From IMG/VR virus record IMGVR_UViG_3300017917_001353, positions 38,545-102,544 of that record: a DNA stretch of 64,000 bases; one strand, given 5' to 3'. Source of the stretch: a virus. Its lineage: Duplodnaviria; Heunggongvirae; Uroviricota; Caudoviricetes. This document shows positions 38,328 through 47,589 of the stretch, piece by piece. The notes under the pieces are model-generated. The model saw nothing but the letters and a program-made list of their open reading frames with translations, searched no databases and had not been told where the DNA came from. The position numbers were made by a program, and so were the translations under genes. Each line of letters opens with the position of its first letter. The first letter of the stretch is position 1.

Positions 38328-38876
38328 ATGAAATTCAGTATCCCTATTAGTATTCCCGGCTGGGAAAATATCGCAGAAAAATATTCATCTTGGGTCAAGT
38401 TTGGAGAAGAAGGAATGCACTCCAAACTTGTTCCTACAGAAGATTGGGAATTTATACTTTCAATTGTAAACCCGGCCATAAAGAAAATTTCTAGGGTAGA
38501 TCACAAAATCAACGGCTGCATAAACTTCTTCGTCCCTCCAGGAAAAACTAGGGGAATACACGTTGATTGGAGTAGCCCTGATTGGCCCACTAAAGGCAAT
38601 TGGGCGCTGAACATTCCTATTGCAAATTACGAAAACAGTGCAATGGAATGGTATGCAGGAGAATACACTCGAGAAATGTATCATCGCCCTGGGGGATATA
38701 TTTCAGATAAACTGACTTGGAAAACTAAACCAGTTCTTATCGAATCCTGCGTCATCAATCAGCCAACTTTAGTATATGTAGATATACCTCACGATGTTAG
38801 AAACAACGGCAATTCAACAAGAGTACTGATGAGCCTGCGTTTAAGTCCTAATATCCTAACATACATTCCTAAATAA
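38328..38876 (+). CDS. cupin/AspH-like oxygenase-like protein
   Basis: TRGIHVDWSSPDW (HxD) ... VDIPHDVRNNGNSTRVLMSLRL. Confidence 0.4.
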   Translation: MKFSIPISIPGWENIAEKYSSWVKFGEEGMHSKLVPTEDWEFILSIVNPAIKKISRVDHKINGCINFFVPPGKTRGIHVDWSSPDWPTKGNWALNIPIANYENSAMEWYAGEYTREMYHRPGGYISDKLTWKTKPVLIESCVINQPTLVYVDIPHDVRNNGNSTRVLMSLRLSPNILTYIPK

Positions 38877-38966
38877 TTTCTCCAAAACTGTAAACTAATT
38901 TCTTAGTTCGTGCGTTATATATGTACGTAGATAAAGTTTTCTACGCTAACCAAAAAGGAACTTAAA

Positions 38967-39161
38967 ATGAAATTAGTTGCAACCTTGATCGCCGGCTTAT
39001 TTGCCGTTACCGCTTTCGCCGCAGAACCTGCTAAGAAAGAAGCCCCTAAGGCCGAAGCCAAGCCCGCCGCAGCCGCTCCTGCACCCGCAGCCAGCGCACC
39101 TGCTGCTAAGCCTGCTGAAAAGAAAGCAGAGCCTGCCAAAAGCGAACCTGCTAAGAAGTAA
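38967..39161 (+). CDS. secreted Ala/Pro/Lys-rich low-complexity protein
   Basis: Signal peptide MKLVATLIAGLFAVTAFA, then AEPAKKEAPKAEAKPAAAAPAPAA... repeats. Confidence 0.4.
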   Translation: MKLVATLIAGLFAVTAFAAEPAKKEAPKAEAKPAAAAPAPAASAPAAKPAEKKAEPAKSEPAKK

Positions 39162-39402
39162 ACCGACTAGAATTGTCGTTCTTGAGCTCGAAGACAGCGA
39201 ACTCGAGATAGAATTAGAAGATTCTGTTCATAGAGGATATAGCCGCCCTAGAGTTCAAGACGACAATGAAGACGATCCAGATTATGTACCAGAACACATA
39301 CGCTGGAAGTTATTCTTAGCAAGGCAACTTGCATTATTAAAATACCGTGAAGTACACGGACAGAAAAGGGCCTAATAGCCCTTTTCTTGTATAAGTACTA
39401 TT

Positions 39403-40104
39403 ATGTTCGAATTAATTTATACGCTAATAGCGACACACATCACTATAATATGTGTTACAGTTTTTCTACACAGAGGACAGGCACACAAAGGAATTATATT
39501 CCACCCACTACTAAGCCACTTTATGAGATTTTGGCTTTGGCTTACAACAGGAATGGTTACTAAACAATGGGTAGCCATACATCGCAAACATCATAGATTC
39601 AGCGACGAACCCGGAGATCCGCATAGTCCGCATGTATTTGGATTTTGGAAAGTTTTATTCAAGGGTGCTGTACTTTACCACCAGGCTAGTAAAGACAAAG
39701 AGATGATAAATGCCTACGGAGTAGGAACCCCCGACGATTGGATAGAGAAACATATCTATACTCCTCACTCTAGATTAGGCATAGGCCTGTTACTACTTAT
39801 TAATATTCTATTATTCGGAGGATGGGGAGTATTGATATGGGGTATACAAATGATATGGATCCCGTTCTGGGCCGCAGGCGTTATTAACGGAGTAGGACAC
39901 TGGACCGGATATCGAAACGGCGAAACAAAGGATCACAGCCGTAATATAAGTCCTTGGGGGATCGTTATCGGCGGCGAAGAATTACATAACAATCATCACC
40001 TAGATCCTGCAAACCCCCGCCTTAGTAAACGATGGTTCGAATTTGATATAGGTTGGGCCTATATCAACGTTTTTAAATTTTTAAAATTAGCAAGTTTAAA
40101 ATAA
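39403..40104 (+). CDS. Delta9 fatty-acid desaturase (stearoyl-CoA/acyl-lipid desaturase family)
   Basis: HRGQAH (box 1), HRKHHRFSDEPGDPHSP (box 2), ELHNNHHLDP (box 3, like GWHNNHH). TM helices. Confidence 0.7.
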   Translation: MFELIYTLIATHITIICVTVFLHRGQAHKGIIFHPLLSHFMRFWLWLTTGMVTKQWVAIHRKHHRFSDEPGDPHSPHVFGFWKVLFKGAVLYHQASKDKEMINAYGVGTPDDWIEKHIYTPHSRLGIGLLLLINILLFGGWGVLIWGIQMIWIPFWAAGVINGVGHWTGYRNGETKDHSRNISPWGIVIGGEELHNNHHLDPANPRLSKRWFEFDIGWAYINVFKFLKLASLK

Positions 40105-40105
40105 C

Positions 40106-40819
40106 ATGAGTCATATTATTCGATTTAACCGTAATAATTTTCTCGACTATCTTACTGACAACTGGAAACCCATTAGTGACGAATTTTCTTCTTGGTTCCT
40201 TGAGCATGAAAAAACTCACGGTCCTAAGATCAAGGCTAATGTAGCAACTGCCCAGACACAGAGTTTACCGTTGTATACGGGAATGTTTAAATCAGTCGTT
40301 ATAAAAATTGAAGATACATTATTGCTAGAATCTGAAGCACGATCCCTCCACTGGGAAAATTTTGGAAAGACTGGAGCCGTTAAGACTCTGTATAGAGAAC
40401 AATGGTTAGAGCAGATGCCAACTCTACATCAGTGGGTAGTACAACATTATGATATAATAGGATCTGTACAATTTAATACATCAATGCCCGGAAGCCTGCT
40501 GCGCCATCATTTCGGAAACGATCCAAAGTACCTTAGACTGCATCTAACGTTAAAAGAAGCGCCCGGCTGTATGTTTAATATCGAAAACGAAATCTATGAA
40601 TGGAAGGACGGCGACCTTATAGGATTTGACGATGCAATAGTTTATCATGGTACTAAACACACGGGTACTGAAGAAAGAGTAATCCTTGTAATAGATGTAC
40701 TAAAATCTGCTGTTAAAGAACATGCAGTAGATTGGTCGATACGGGAAGGGCTAACTAAAAGAGACAGGTCTCCTGTAGCAATATATAATTGGTATCCGCA
40801 GAAACAAAGACTAACATGA
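40106..40819 (+). CDS. aspartyl/asparaginyl beta-hydroxylase (AspH/LpxO/OlsC)-family 2OG-Fe(II) oxygenase
   Basis: PGSLLRHHFGNDPKYLRLHLTLKEAPGCMFNIENEIYEWKDGDLIGFDDAIVYHGTKHTGTEERVILVIDV matches the Asp_Arg_Hydrox signature. Confidence 0.55.
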   Translation: MSHIIRFNRNNFLDYLTDNWKPISDEFSSWFLEHEKTHGPKIKANVATAQTQSLPLYTGMFKSVVIKIEDTLLLESEARSLHWENFGKTGAVKTLYREQWLEQMPTLHQWVVQHYDIIGSVQFNTSMPGSLLRHHFGNDPKYLRLHLTLKEAPGCMFNIENEIYEWKDGDLIGFDDAIVYHGTKHTGTEERVILVIDVLKSAVKEHAVDWSIREGLTKRDRSPVAIYNWYPQKQRLT

Positions 40820-41532
40820 AGAAAGAAAGCCAATATATCTATTTTAATCGAGGTAATCCTACGTTAGATTACCTAACTAATAACTGGGAAAAAATTAGAG
40901 ATGAATTTTTAGCGTGGTATCCTAATCATATGGGTCCCGGAGGTCTACAAGACCCCGAAGGCATAGGTAAAAAAGCAAACCATTACACGATAAATCAACC
41001 TGGAGCAAATTTAGTATATCACGGAAATTTTAAGTGTATGCCCACGTTCATTCGAGATACTGTACTTGACCCGCAAGAAGCAGATGATCTCTTTTGGCCT
41101 GACTTTCAAAAAGGCGGCCCTACGTATATACTCAGGAGAGAACGAATCAAACAGATGCCCGTGATGGGACAATGGATTATGGAGCATATAGATATTTTGG
41201 GATCAGTACAGTACAACATCAGTATGCCCGGAAGCCAATTAAATCATCATTGGGGATTAGACTACAACTATCTCAGACTACATTTAGTACTAGATTCTGC
41301 TCGGGGATGTTTATTTGATATTGAGGGCGAAAAGCACGAATGGGTTAACGGAGAACTTTTCGGGTTTGATGATAGTATGGTTTTGCATGGTACTAAACAC
41401 ACCGGAACTAAACCTAGATCGATAGTTTTGATCGATATCCTAAAAACTGCTGTTCGTCCGTATGCTAAATCATGGCCAATTAAACCTTGGGTAGATCGTA
41501 AGGATAGACCAAAAATCGAAGTCAAATGGTAA
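40789..41532 (+). CDS. AspH/LpxO/OlsC-family hydroxylase (tandem paralog)
   Basis: PGSQLNHHWGLDYNYLRLHLVLDSARGCLFDIEGEKHEWVNGELFGFDDSMVLHGTKHTGTKPRSIVLIDI. Confidence 0.55.
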   Translation: MVSAETKTNMKKESQYIYFNRGNPTLDYLTNNWEKIRDEFLAWYPNHMGPGGLQDPEGIGKKANHYTINQPGANLVYHGNFKCMPTFIRDTVLDPQEADDLFWPDFQKGGPTYILRRERIKQMPVMGQWIMEHIDILGSVQYNISMPGSQLNHHWGLDYNYLRLHLVLDSARGCLFDIEGEKHEWVNGELFGFDDSMVLHGTKHTGTKPRSIVLIDILKTAVRPYAKSWPIKPWVDRKDRPKIEVKW

Positions 41533-41585
41533 TTTGGTTAAAATAGTTCTTGCTCTTGATTTAGTTTTACCATATAATAGTTACA

Positions 41586-41921
41586 TTGACACGCCGAAAG
41601 GAGAATTTCATGTCTGTCGATAAAACTATTGAATCCATTAAAGAATTTTGCACCAAAAACTCCGGTGATGCGCTAGGCCAAACCTGGCACGGTAATAAGG
41701 CAACTTATCACTGGAATTCTGGAAAACTTGCGGCCGACGGTACACTTAACGGTGTAGTACGAAAGTTAGCAGGCATTGATGCTAGCGGTGCTCAAATTTG
41801 GGTTGTTGCAGGATCTTTCAAAATTAGCCCTAGCGGACAAATTTTGCGATTCACTGGGCTTCCGAAGAAACTTCAAACCCAAGCATTTACTTCTACCGTA
41901 TCCACTACTGTAACTGCCTAA
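41586..41921 (+). CDS. hypothetical protein
   Basis: 111 aa. RBS AAAGGAG. Confidence 0.3.
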   Translation: MTRRKENFMSVDKTIESIKEFCTKNSGDALGQTWHGNKATYHWNSGKLAADGTLNGVVRKLAGIDASGAQIWVVAGSFKISPSGQILRFTGLPKKLQTQAFTSTVSTTVTA

Positions 41922-42013
41922 TGCGCTGGTTAGCGGTATTAGTTTTACTTTGGTACGGCCACTTGCTCTGGGCCCTATTCTTTGCTATAATGTTTATTAT
42001 AACGGAGTAATCT

Positions 42014-42409
42014 ATGACTATGCATCTTGCACATCCTGCCCTAAGTCTTGGCGGCAAGAAAAAAGGTAAACAAAAGTTCCGCAATGCCGAAGAGGCTCGC
42101 AAAAGTCGCGAGCTCGATGCTTCCTGGAAAGAACTCCAAAAGAAGTGGGGTGTTGAACAAGAAGAACGCAAACGCAAACGCGGTCTGTCGGCCCAGCCTC
42201 TTATTACCCAATCCTCAGTATATCGTCGTGACACGGGTCCTCGAATCCCTAGTCTCAACGGCGGTCTCGATATGACTCCTGCGGTGCTAAAACCGGCACC
42301 AGTTTACACAGGCACCAAGATCAAAGGTATTGGTACTATGCACAAATCAAACGCTGTGCCAATCTTCAGCGATGAAGAGGCACAAGATATTGCAAGGATG
42401 CGTCGATGA
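42014..42409 (+). CDS. hypothetical basic protein
   Basis: 131 aa. Confidence 0.3.
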   Translation: MTMHLAHPALSLGGKKKGKQKFRNAEEARKSRELDASWKELQKKWGVEQEERKRKRGLSAQPLITQSSVYRRDTGPRIPSLNGGLDMTPAVLKPAPVYTGTKIKGIGTMHKSNAVPIFSDEEAQDIARMRR

Positions 42410-42900
42410 AAATTCAATCTATTTTTGAAACAAAAGTTTATCAAGAATTTAAAAAAAATCGAGGTGAAAATAGAACACAGTTGATGCGCCGTAATCCTAC
42501 AAAAAAAGAAATTCAAGAGTGGGAATGGCGTCAAGAAGAACTCGAAGACATTAAAAATATTTTAAAATTTCTCGGAGATAACCTTCGCCGTGCGGCGAAT
42601 AGAGGTTCTCTTTCTCAAAAAATCGAAGTCGATCTAGATTATGTGTATAATGTAGGTGCTAGTCAGGATTTTTTTTGCGCCCTTACAGGAGAAGAACTAG
42701 AATTTACTAGAGGCGGCCAGATTTGGTTAGGCAAGTGGTGTAACCCTTATAGTTGTACTATTGATCGAATTGATAGCACTAAAGGGTATGTTGAAGGCAA
42801 TATTCAATTAATTACCTGGAAGGCCAACTGCCTTAAACAGCATCTAGACAACGAGGAATTTATTGATTTTTGTATAGATGTTGCTCGTTGGAACAAATAA
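42406..42900 (+). CDS. HNH homing endonuclease
   Basis: CALTGEELEF...CTIDRIDSTKGYVEGNIQLITWKANCLKQ gives an H-N-(N/H) motif with flanking Cys. Confidence 0.5.
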   Translation: MKIQSIFETKVYQEFKKNRGENRTQLMRRNPTKKEIQEWEWRQEELEDIKNILKFLGDNLRRAANRGSLSQKIEVDLDYVYNVGASQDFFCALTGEELEFTRGGQIWLGKWCNPYSCTIDRIDSTKGYVEGNIQLITWKANCLKQHLDNEEFIDFCIDVARWNK

Positions 42901-42909
42901 ATAATTCTT

Positions 42910-44283
42910 ATGCCAGTAACATTTAACGAAAAATTTTTAGCCTATCTTGCACTTATTAGCGGTCTAGTTATATCTGTTGTAGCAGAATACTACAGCATTT
43001 TAGGACTAACCGCTATTTTTGCCGCCGCGACTATTCCTGTTATCATAATGGGTATCGCTCTAGGCGTTGGCAAGATTACAGCCACCTTATGGCTTAAACA
43101 AAACTGGAACATTGCTCATTGGAGTATTAGGGCATACCTAGTTACTGCTATTGCAGTACTCATGCTAATCACCAGCATGGGTATTTTTGGTTTCTTAAGC
43201 AAAGCACACAGTGAGCAAAGTTTAGTTTCCGGCGATGCTCAAAGCAAGATTGCAGTCTATGATGAAAAGATTAAAACATCAAAAGAGAACATTGAAACTA
43301 ACCGCAAGGCTCTTAAACAAATGGACGAGGCTGTTGATCAAGTCATGGGCCGATCAACAGATGAAAAAGGTGCTGACAAAGCGGTTGCGTTACGCAGAGC
43401 ACAGCAAAAAGAACGATCACGCCTCTTATCTGAAATCGAAGCCGAACAGAAAAAAATTGCTAGCCTTAGTGAAGAACGGGCACCAATAGCCGCAGAAGTT
43501 CGTAAAATTGAGGCAGAGGTTGGACCAATCAAGTATATTGCACAGTTTGTCTACGGAGAGACAGAACAGTCTATTCTGGAAAAGGCTGTTACGTGGGTAA
43601 TTATTATTCTGATTGTAGTTTTCGATCCTCTGGCTTTGATCTTGTTGTTGGCAAGTCAAATCAGTTTCCAAAATTTCAGAGAACGAGAGCGCTGGGACTT
43701 TGAACGTAATCTAGAAGAAGCCGCAGATGCCTTTAATGATGTATTTGCTGACGAACTGGCAAACACTGACAAAACTCCAGACGAGTTAATGGGTGTGAAA
43801 CCCGATGCTTGGGTCGCAGACGTAGGCGAGAAGCCTACTGCCGAGGAGCTCAAAGACGATCTGTTTCCTACCTACGAAGAGATTACGGAGGGTGACAGCC
43901 CAGAGAAGGAATCTGATGTAGTCAGCACAGCCACTGTCACAACATCTACAGTTACGCAAACTGTAGTAGAGGCTGAAATGCCTGTAGTACCTCCTGCAAA
44001 GGAACCTGTTCGAACAGTTATTACAGGTAACAGGCCTACACAGGTAACCAAGGTCTTTAGATCACCAAAGGCGCTGACTACAATTACAGAAGAAATTGTG
44101 CAAGAGGCATTGGAAGAAAAAATTGAACCTACAGTTATCCTTGATAAAGATACCAACTATGTAATTATAGATGGTCAACGCTATCACAGAAATAGTGTGC
44201 CCGCTGTTCTTAGGACTTATGTCCAAAATGAAGAACAAAAAGAAAGTGGTATTTGGAGCAGGGTAAAGAAGGATGAAGAGTAA
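42910..44283 (+). CDS. membrane protein with N-terminal TM helices and coiled coil
   Basis: 457 aa. About 4 predicted TM segments, a charged coiled-coil middle, and a Thr/Val-rich C-terminus. Confidence 0.35.
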   Translation: MPVTFNEKFLAYLALISGLVISVVAEYYSILGLTAIFAAATIPVIIMGIALGVGKITATLWLKQNWNIAHWSIRAYLVTAIAVLMLITSMGIFGFLSKAHSEQSLVSGDAQSKIAVYDEKIKTSKENIETNRKALKQMDEAVDQVMGRSTDEKGADKAVALRRAQQKERSRLLSEIEAEQKKIASLSEERAPIAAEVRKIEAEVGPIKYIAQFVYGETEQSILEKAVTWVIIILIVVFDPLALILLLASQISFQNFRERERWDFERNLEEAADAFNDVFADELANTDKTPDELMGVKPDAWVADVGEKPTAEELKDDLFPTYEEITEGDSPEKESDVVSTATVTTSTVTQTVVEAEMPVVPPAKEPVRTVITGNRPTQVTKVFRSPKALTTITEEIVQEALEEKIEPTVILDKDTNYVIIDGQRYHRNSVPAVLRTYVQNEEQKESGIWSRVKKDEE

Positions 44284-44677
44284 AATAACTCTTATAACAC
44301 CGCCGGATATCTTTGAAAACGCAAACCCTAGCATCTTGTTCTGTCATCTTAGTGATGAAGAGCAAGATGCCGTAAGTAAGTGGTTATCAAAGGCCGATAT
44401 TTCAAACAACATCAATCTCTATGTATATACTGGCGAACCAGCACCGGTTTGGTTTTTGTATGCACTCAACCGATGCGAGTATAAGTATATTAACATTAAC
44501 AGTGTAAACTTACTCACACAGGCTCTTAGTGGTTATGTTCTTAGTAGAAATAATGTTTACTACAGAACAGACGATACAAACTTAGCCGCAATATACAGTC
44601 ATATAAATTCTAATCGAGTAAACACTGTTGAAGAGTTTTTAGAGAGTATTTTAGGTGCCAAAACAAGTGAATCATAA
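44273..44677 (+). CDS. hypothetical protein (upstream partner of clpX)
   Basis: 134 aa. Overlaps the clpX start. Confidence 0.3.
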   Translation: MKSKITLITPPDIFENANPSILFCHLSDEEQDAVSKWLSKADISNNINLYVYTGEPAPVWFLYALNRCEYKYININSVNLLTQALSGYVLSRNNVYYRTDDTNLAAIYSHINSNRVNTVEEFLESILGAKTSES

Positions 44678-45884
44678 TTGCGATTTTTGCGGCAAAAGCA
44701 AAGAAGACGTAGAAAAACTAATAGTCGGCGAACATGCCGCAATTTGTAATGATTGTATAGATTTATGTGTTAGCATTTTAGATGACGAGAAAGTAAAAAA
44801 TTTACCCTCTGATAAAAAGACACTGAATCCTAGTCTAATCAAAGACTACCTTGACGAGTATATTACAGGCCAGGAAGATGCAAAGATAAGCCTTAGTGTT
44901 GCAGTTAGCCAGCACTTTAAGCGTATCAACAATCCCCACAAAGATATTAGTCTAGAAAAGACCAACGTACTATTGTTAGGTCCTACTGGCTGCGGCAAAA
45001 CTGCTCTGGCTAGAAAAATTGCAGAGTATCTAGATCTGCCGTTTGCTATCTGCGATGCTACTAGCATCACTGAAGCAGGCTATGTCGGCGACGATGTTGA
45101 AAGCATTCTGCTACGATTAATTAATGAAGCAGATGGGGACATGGAAAAGGCCAGCCGGGGCATTGTCTACATCGACGAAATTGACAAGATTGCCCGCAAA
45201 GGCGAAAACGTCAGTTTAACTAGAGATGTCAGTGGCGAAGGTGTTCAACAGGCCTTACTCAAAATGGTAGAAGGTAGCATTATGCGTGTTCCATATACCG
45301 GAAAAAGAAAGCACCCCGGATCGGACATGCAGGAAATCGACACCAGCAAGATTCTATTCATTTGCGGTGGTGCGTTTGTAGGACTAGACAAGATTGTACA
45401 GCGTCGAGTAGAAAACAGAGGAATCGGCTTCAATTCTAAACTACCTGATCCTACAAAGAACTCTGAATTTTATCAACAGGTAACACCTAAAGATATCATT
45501 CAGTTTGGATTTATTCCAGAGTTCATTGGACGATTTGGTATTATTACCAGTGTCGAAGAACTTACAGAAGAACAACTAGTAAAGATCCTAGTTGAAAACA
45601 AAAACAGTCTAGTTAGGCAATACAAGTATATGTTTGAACTAGACGGCATTGATCTACATTTTGAAGATAGTGCGTTAAGAGAAGTTGCCCGCAGAGCAAA
45701 AGAATTGAAAACAAATGCTCGTGGTTTAAAAAATATTCTCGAAAAGACACTGCTACCTTATCAATTTGATGCAGTTAATTTATTAGAGCGCGGTTTAACG
45801 AAAATTATTATAAGTAAAGATACCGTAGCCGGAAATCCGGCTGTATTGATATTTGATAAAAAAGTAAAAAATGAGCAAAAATAA
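44655..45884 (+). CDS. clpX: ATP-dependent Clp protease ATP-binding subunit ClpX
   Basis: N-terminal C4 zinc domain (CDFCGK...ICNDCIDLC), Walker A GPTGCGKT, GYVG pore loop, IGF ClpP-docking loop (NRGIGFNS), and sensor/arginine motifs. 409 aa. Confidence 0.9.
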   Translation: MPKQVNHNCDFCGKSKEDVEKLIVGEHAAICNDCIDLCVSILDDEKVKNLPSDKKTLNPSLIKDYLDEYITGQEDAKISLSVAVSQHFKRINNPHKDISLEKTNVLLLGPTGCGKTALARKIAEYLDLPFAICDATSITEAGYVGDDVESILLRLINEADGDMEKASRGIVYIDEIDKIARKGENVSLTRDVSGEGVQQALLKMVEGSIMRVPYTGKRKHPGSDMQEIDTSKILFICGGAFVGLDKIVQRRVENRGIGFNSKLPDPTKNSEFYQQVTPKDIIQFGFIPEFIGRFGIITSVEELTEEQLVKILVENKNSLVRQYKYMFELDGIDLHFEDSALREVARRAKELKTNARGLKNILEKTLLPYQFDAVNLLERGLTKIIISKDTVAGNPAVLIFDKKVKNEQK

Positions 45885-46110
45885 AGAAAGGGGTAGGGGC
45901 ATTAAAGTTATCGTCGGCGAGAATATGCCAATTAACGTAGCCCTGCGTAAGTTCAAACAAAAAGTTGACGATTCGGGCAAACTTGAAGATGTCAAAAAAC
46001 GTATGTTCTACGAAAAGCCAACAACTGAGCGTAAGAGAAAAAAGGGTGCGGCCCGTGCTCGTTGGCTAAAACGAGTAGAAGAACAACAACTACCTAAAAA
46101 ACTATTTTAA
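45871..46110 (+). CDS. rpsU: 30S ribosomal protein bS21
   Basis: IKVIVGENMPINVALRKFKQKV...KKRMFYEKPTTERKRKKGAARARWLKR matches bS21. Confidence 0.8.
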   Translation: MSKNKERGRGIKVIVGENMPINVALRKFKQKVDDSGKLEDVKKRMFYEKPTTERKRKKGAARARWLKRVEEQQLPKKLF

Positions 46111-46718
46111 TTCACACCTTGGGATTTTAAAAATCCCACCAGCATATACCTAGGTTCAAGAGCCCACGGAGTTACAGGAGTAACAAAGTGGGGTACCTGA
46201 CCATCTCGGTGATTCATTATCACTAATTGGTTAAATTGTGGTATAGTAGGGTCGACTTTTCCATCTTCCCCGATACTCATTAAAATGCCGCCCCAATCCC
46301 ATTTCCAGTTTCGTGTAAGATACCATATAAATCCCACATCTGAAATGTATGCATCTCGGTGTACTCTAAAATGGCCACCTTCTATCATTTTATAACAGCG
46401 TAGATCAGCATCAGCAACTTGTTTACCAGTTGTTTCTTCTACTAGAGGTTTGATATACGAGTAATAGCACTCTCTAATAACTGCGTTGCTTTCTAGATAG
46501 TTAGATCTGTGAAATTCCGAACGATAGACTTCATCCTGGTCTGGAACAAAGGGAATATCGTCGGTAAATTCTCTACCGTAGTATCCTCTGCGTTCTTGGG
46601 TAATACGATCATAGTCTGCATTTTTAAATTCATTTCGGGCAGACATTGCTATGTCTACCGGAACTGCATCTTGAATGACTCTTAATGGTTGGAGCATTGT
46701 GATCCTTTTATCTACCAA
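46107..46718 (-). CDS. 2OG-Fe(II) oxygenase (PhyH/prolyl-hydroxylase-like)
   Basis: MIEGGHFRVHRDAY (HxD) ... QVPHFVTPV (distal His). 203 aa. Confidence 0.45.
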   Translation of the reverse strand: MVDKRITMLQPLRVIQDAVPVDIAMSARNEFKNADYDRITQERRGYYGREFTDDIPFVPDQDEVYRSEFHRSNYLESNAVIRECYYSYIKPLVEETTGKQVADADLRCYKMIEGGHFRVHRDAYISDVGFIWYLTRNWKWDWGGILMSIGEDGKVDPTIPQFNQLVIMNHRDGQVPHFVTPVTPWALEPRYMLVGFLKSQGVN

Positions 46719-46780
46719 TATATTTATTGCGGTTGACTTTACTCAAAAACTAAAGTACAATAACATACGAAAGGCATATT

Positions 46781-47311
46781 ATGGCAAAACATTTGATGAT
46801 TGATATGGAGACTATGGCAGTCTCTCCCAGGGCAGTAGTTCTAAGTCTTGGCGCAGTACATTTTAATCCCTGGGGCAACGGTTACGGAGAAAAACTATAT
46901 TTCCGGATTAACCTCGATGACCAAGATGCTCTGGGACGCGAAATTGATCCTAATACGATCGACTGGTGGAGCAAGCAAGATCCTGTGATTATGGAAGAAG
47001 CCTTCAGTCCGGACAATCGTATTAGCCTTGTAGATGCTATGGACCAATTCCATAAGTTTGCCTGGGGTTGTGATGCATTTTGGAGTCACGGTGCTACATT
47101 TGACTTGATGATTATTCAAGATATCTACAGTCAACTAGGTAAGCCCTTGCCCTGGAACTATTGGCAACTGCGTGATACTCGTACACTGTTTGACCTAGGT
47201 TATGATCCGGACATGCCACAGGGTAGCAAACATGATGCTCTGCAGGATGCTATCCGACAGGCCGTGGGTGTACAGAACATCTATACAAAATTAAAGATTA
47301 GACCAAAATGA
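46781..47311 (+). CDS. DEDDh 3'-5' exonuclease (DnaQ-like)
   Basis: IDMETMA (exo I D.E), and C-terminal GSKHDALQDAIRQ (exo III H....D). Promoter TTGACT-17-TACAAT upstream. Confidence 0.5.
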   Translation: MAKHLMIDMETMAVSPRAVVLSLGAVHFNPWGNGYGEKLYFRINLDDQDALGREIDPNTIDWWSKQDPVIMEEAFSPDNRISLVDAMDQFHKFAWGCDAFWSHGATFDLMIIQDIYSQLGKPLPWNYWQLRDTRTLFDLGYDPDMPQGSKHDALQDAIRQAVGVQNIYTKLKIRPK

Positions 47312-47589
47312 TTTCGTTCCACTTTACTCTACGTAATCCCTGGTCAAACACATTTAAGAACTTGTGGTGTAGGGCCTACAAAACTCCATTCGATAATAAG
47401 TTTATCGAACTGGAAATTTATAAGGACTTCACACTGGTATCCTTTATGTTCAATTGGAGTATTCGTCAGAGTCATGCCGGACTAGACTTAGAACTAGGAC
47501 TACTAGGTTACTGTATTCATTTTAATTTTTATGACAGTCGTCATTGGAGTTATGAATTTGATCGGTATTTTAATAAGGGTGAAGAATAA
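47308..47589 (+). CDS. hypothetical protein
   Basis: 93 aa. Confidence 0.3.
   Translation: MISFHFTLRNPWSNTFKNLWCRAYKTPFDNKFIELEIYKDFTLVSFMFNWSIRQSHAGLDLELGLLGYCIHFNFYDSRHWSYEFDRYFNKGEE

Noticed and set aside
39001-39375. 124-aa ORF overlapping the secreted Ala/Pro/Lys-rich gene
   Set aside because: It is an alternative frame of GC-rich Ala/Pro codon repeats. It has no start context, and the region after 39161 has no in-frame Met.
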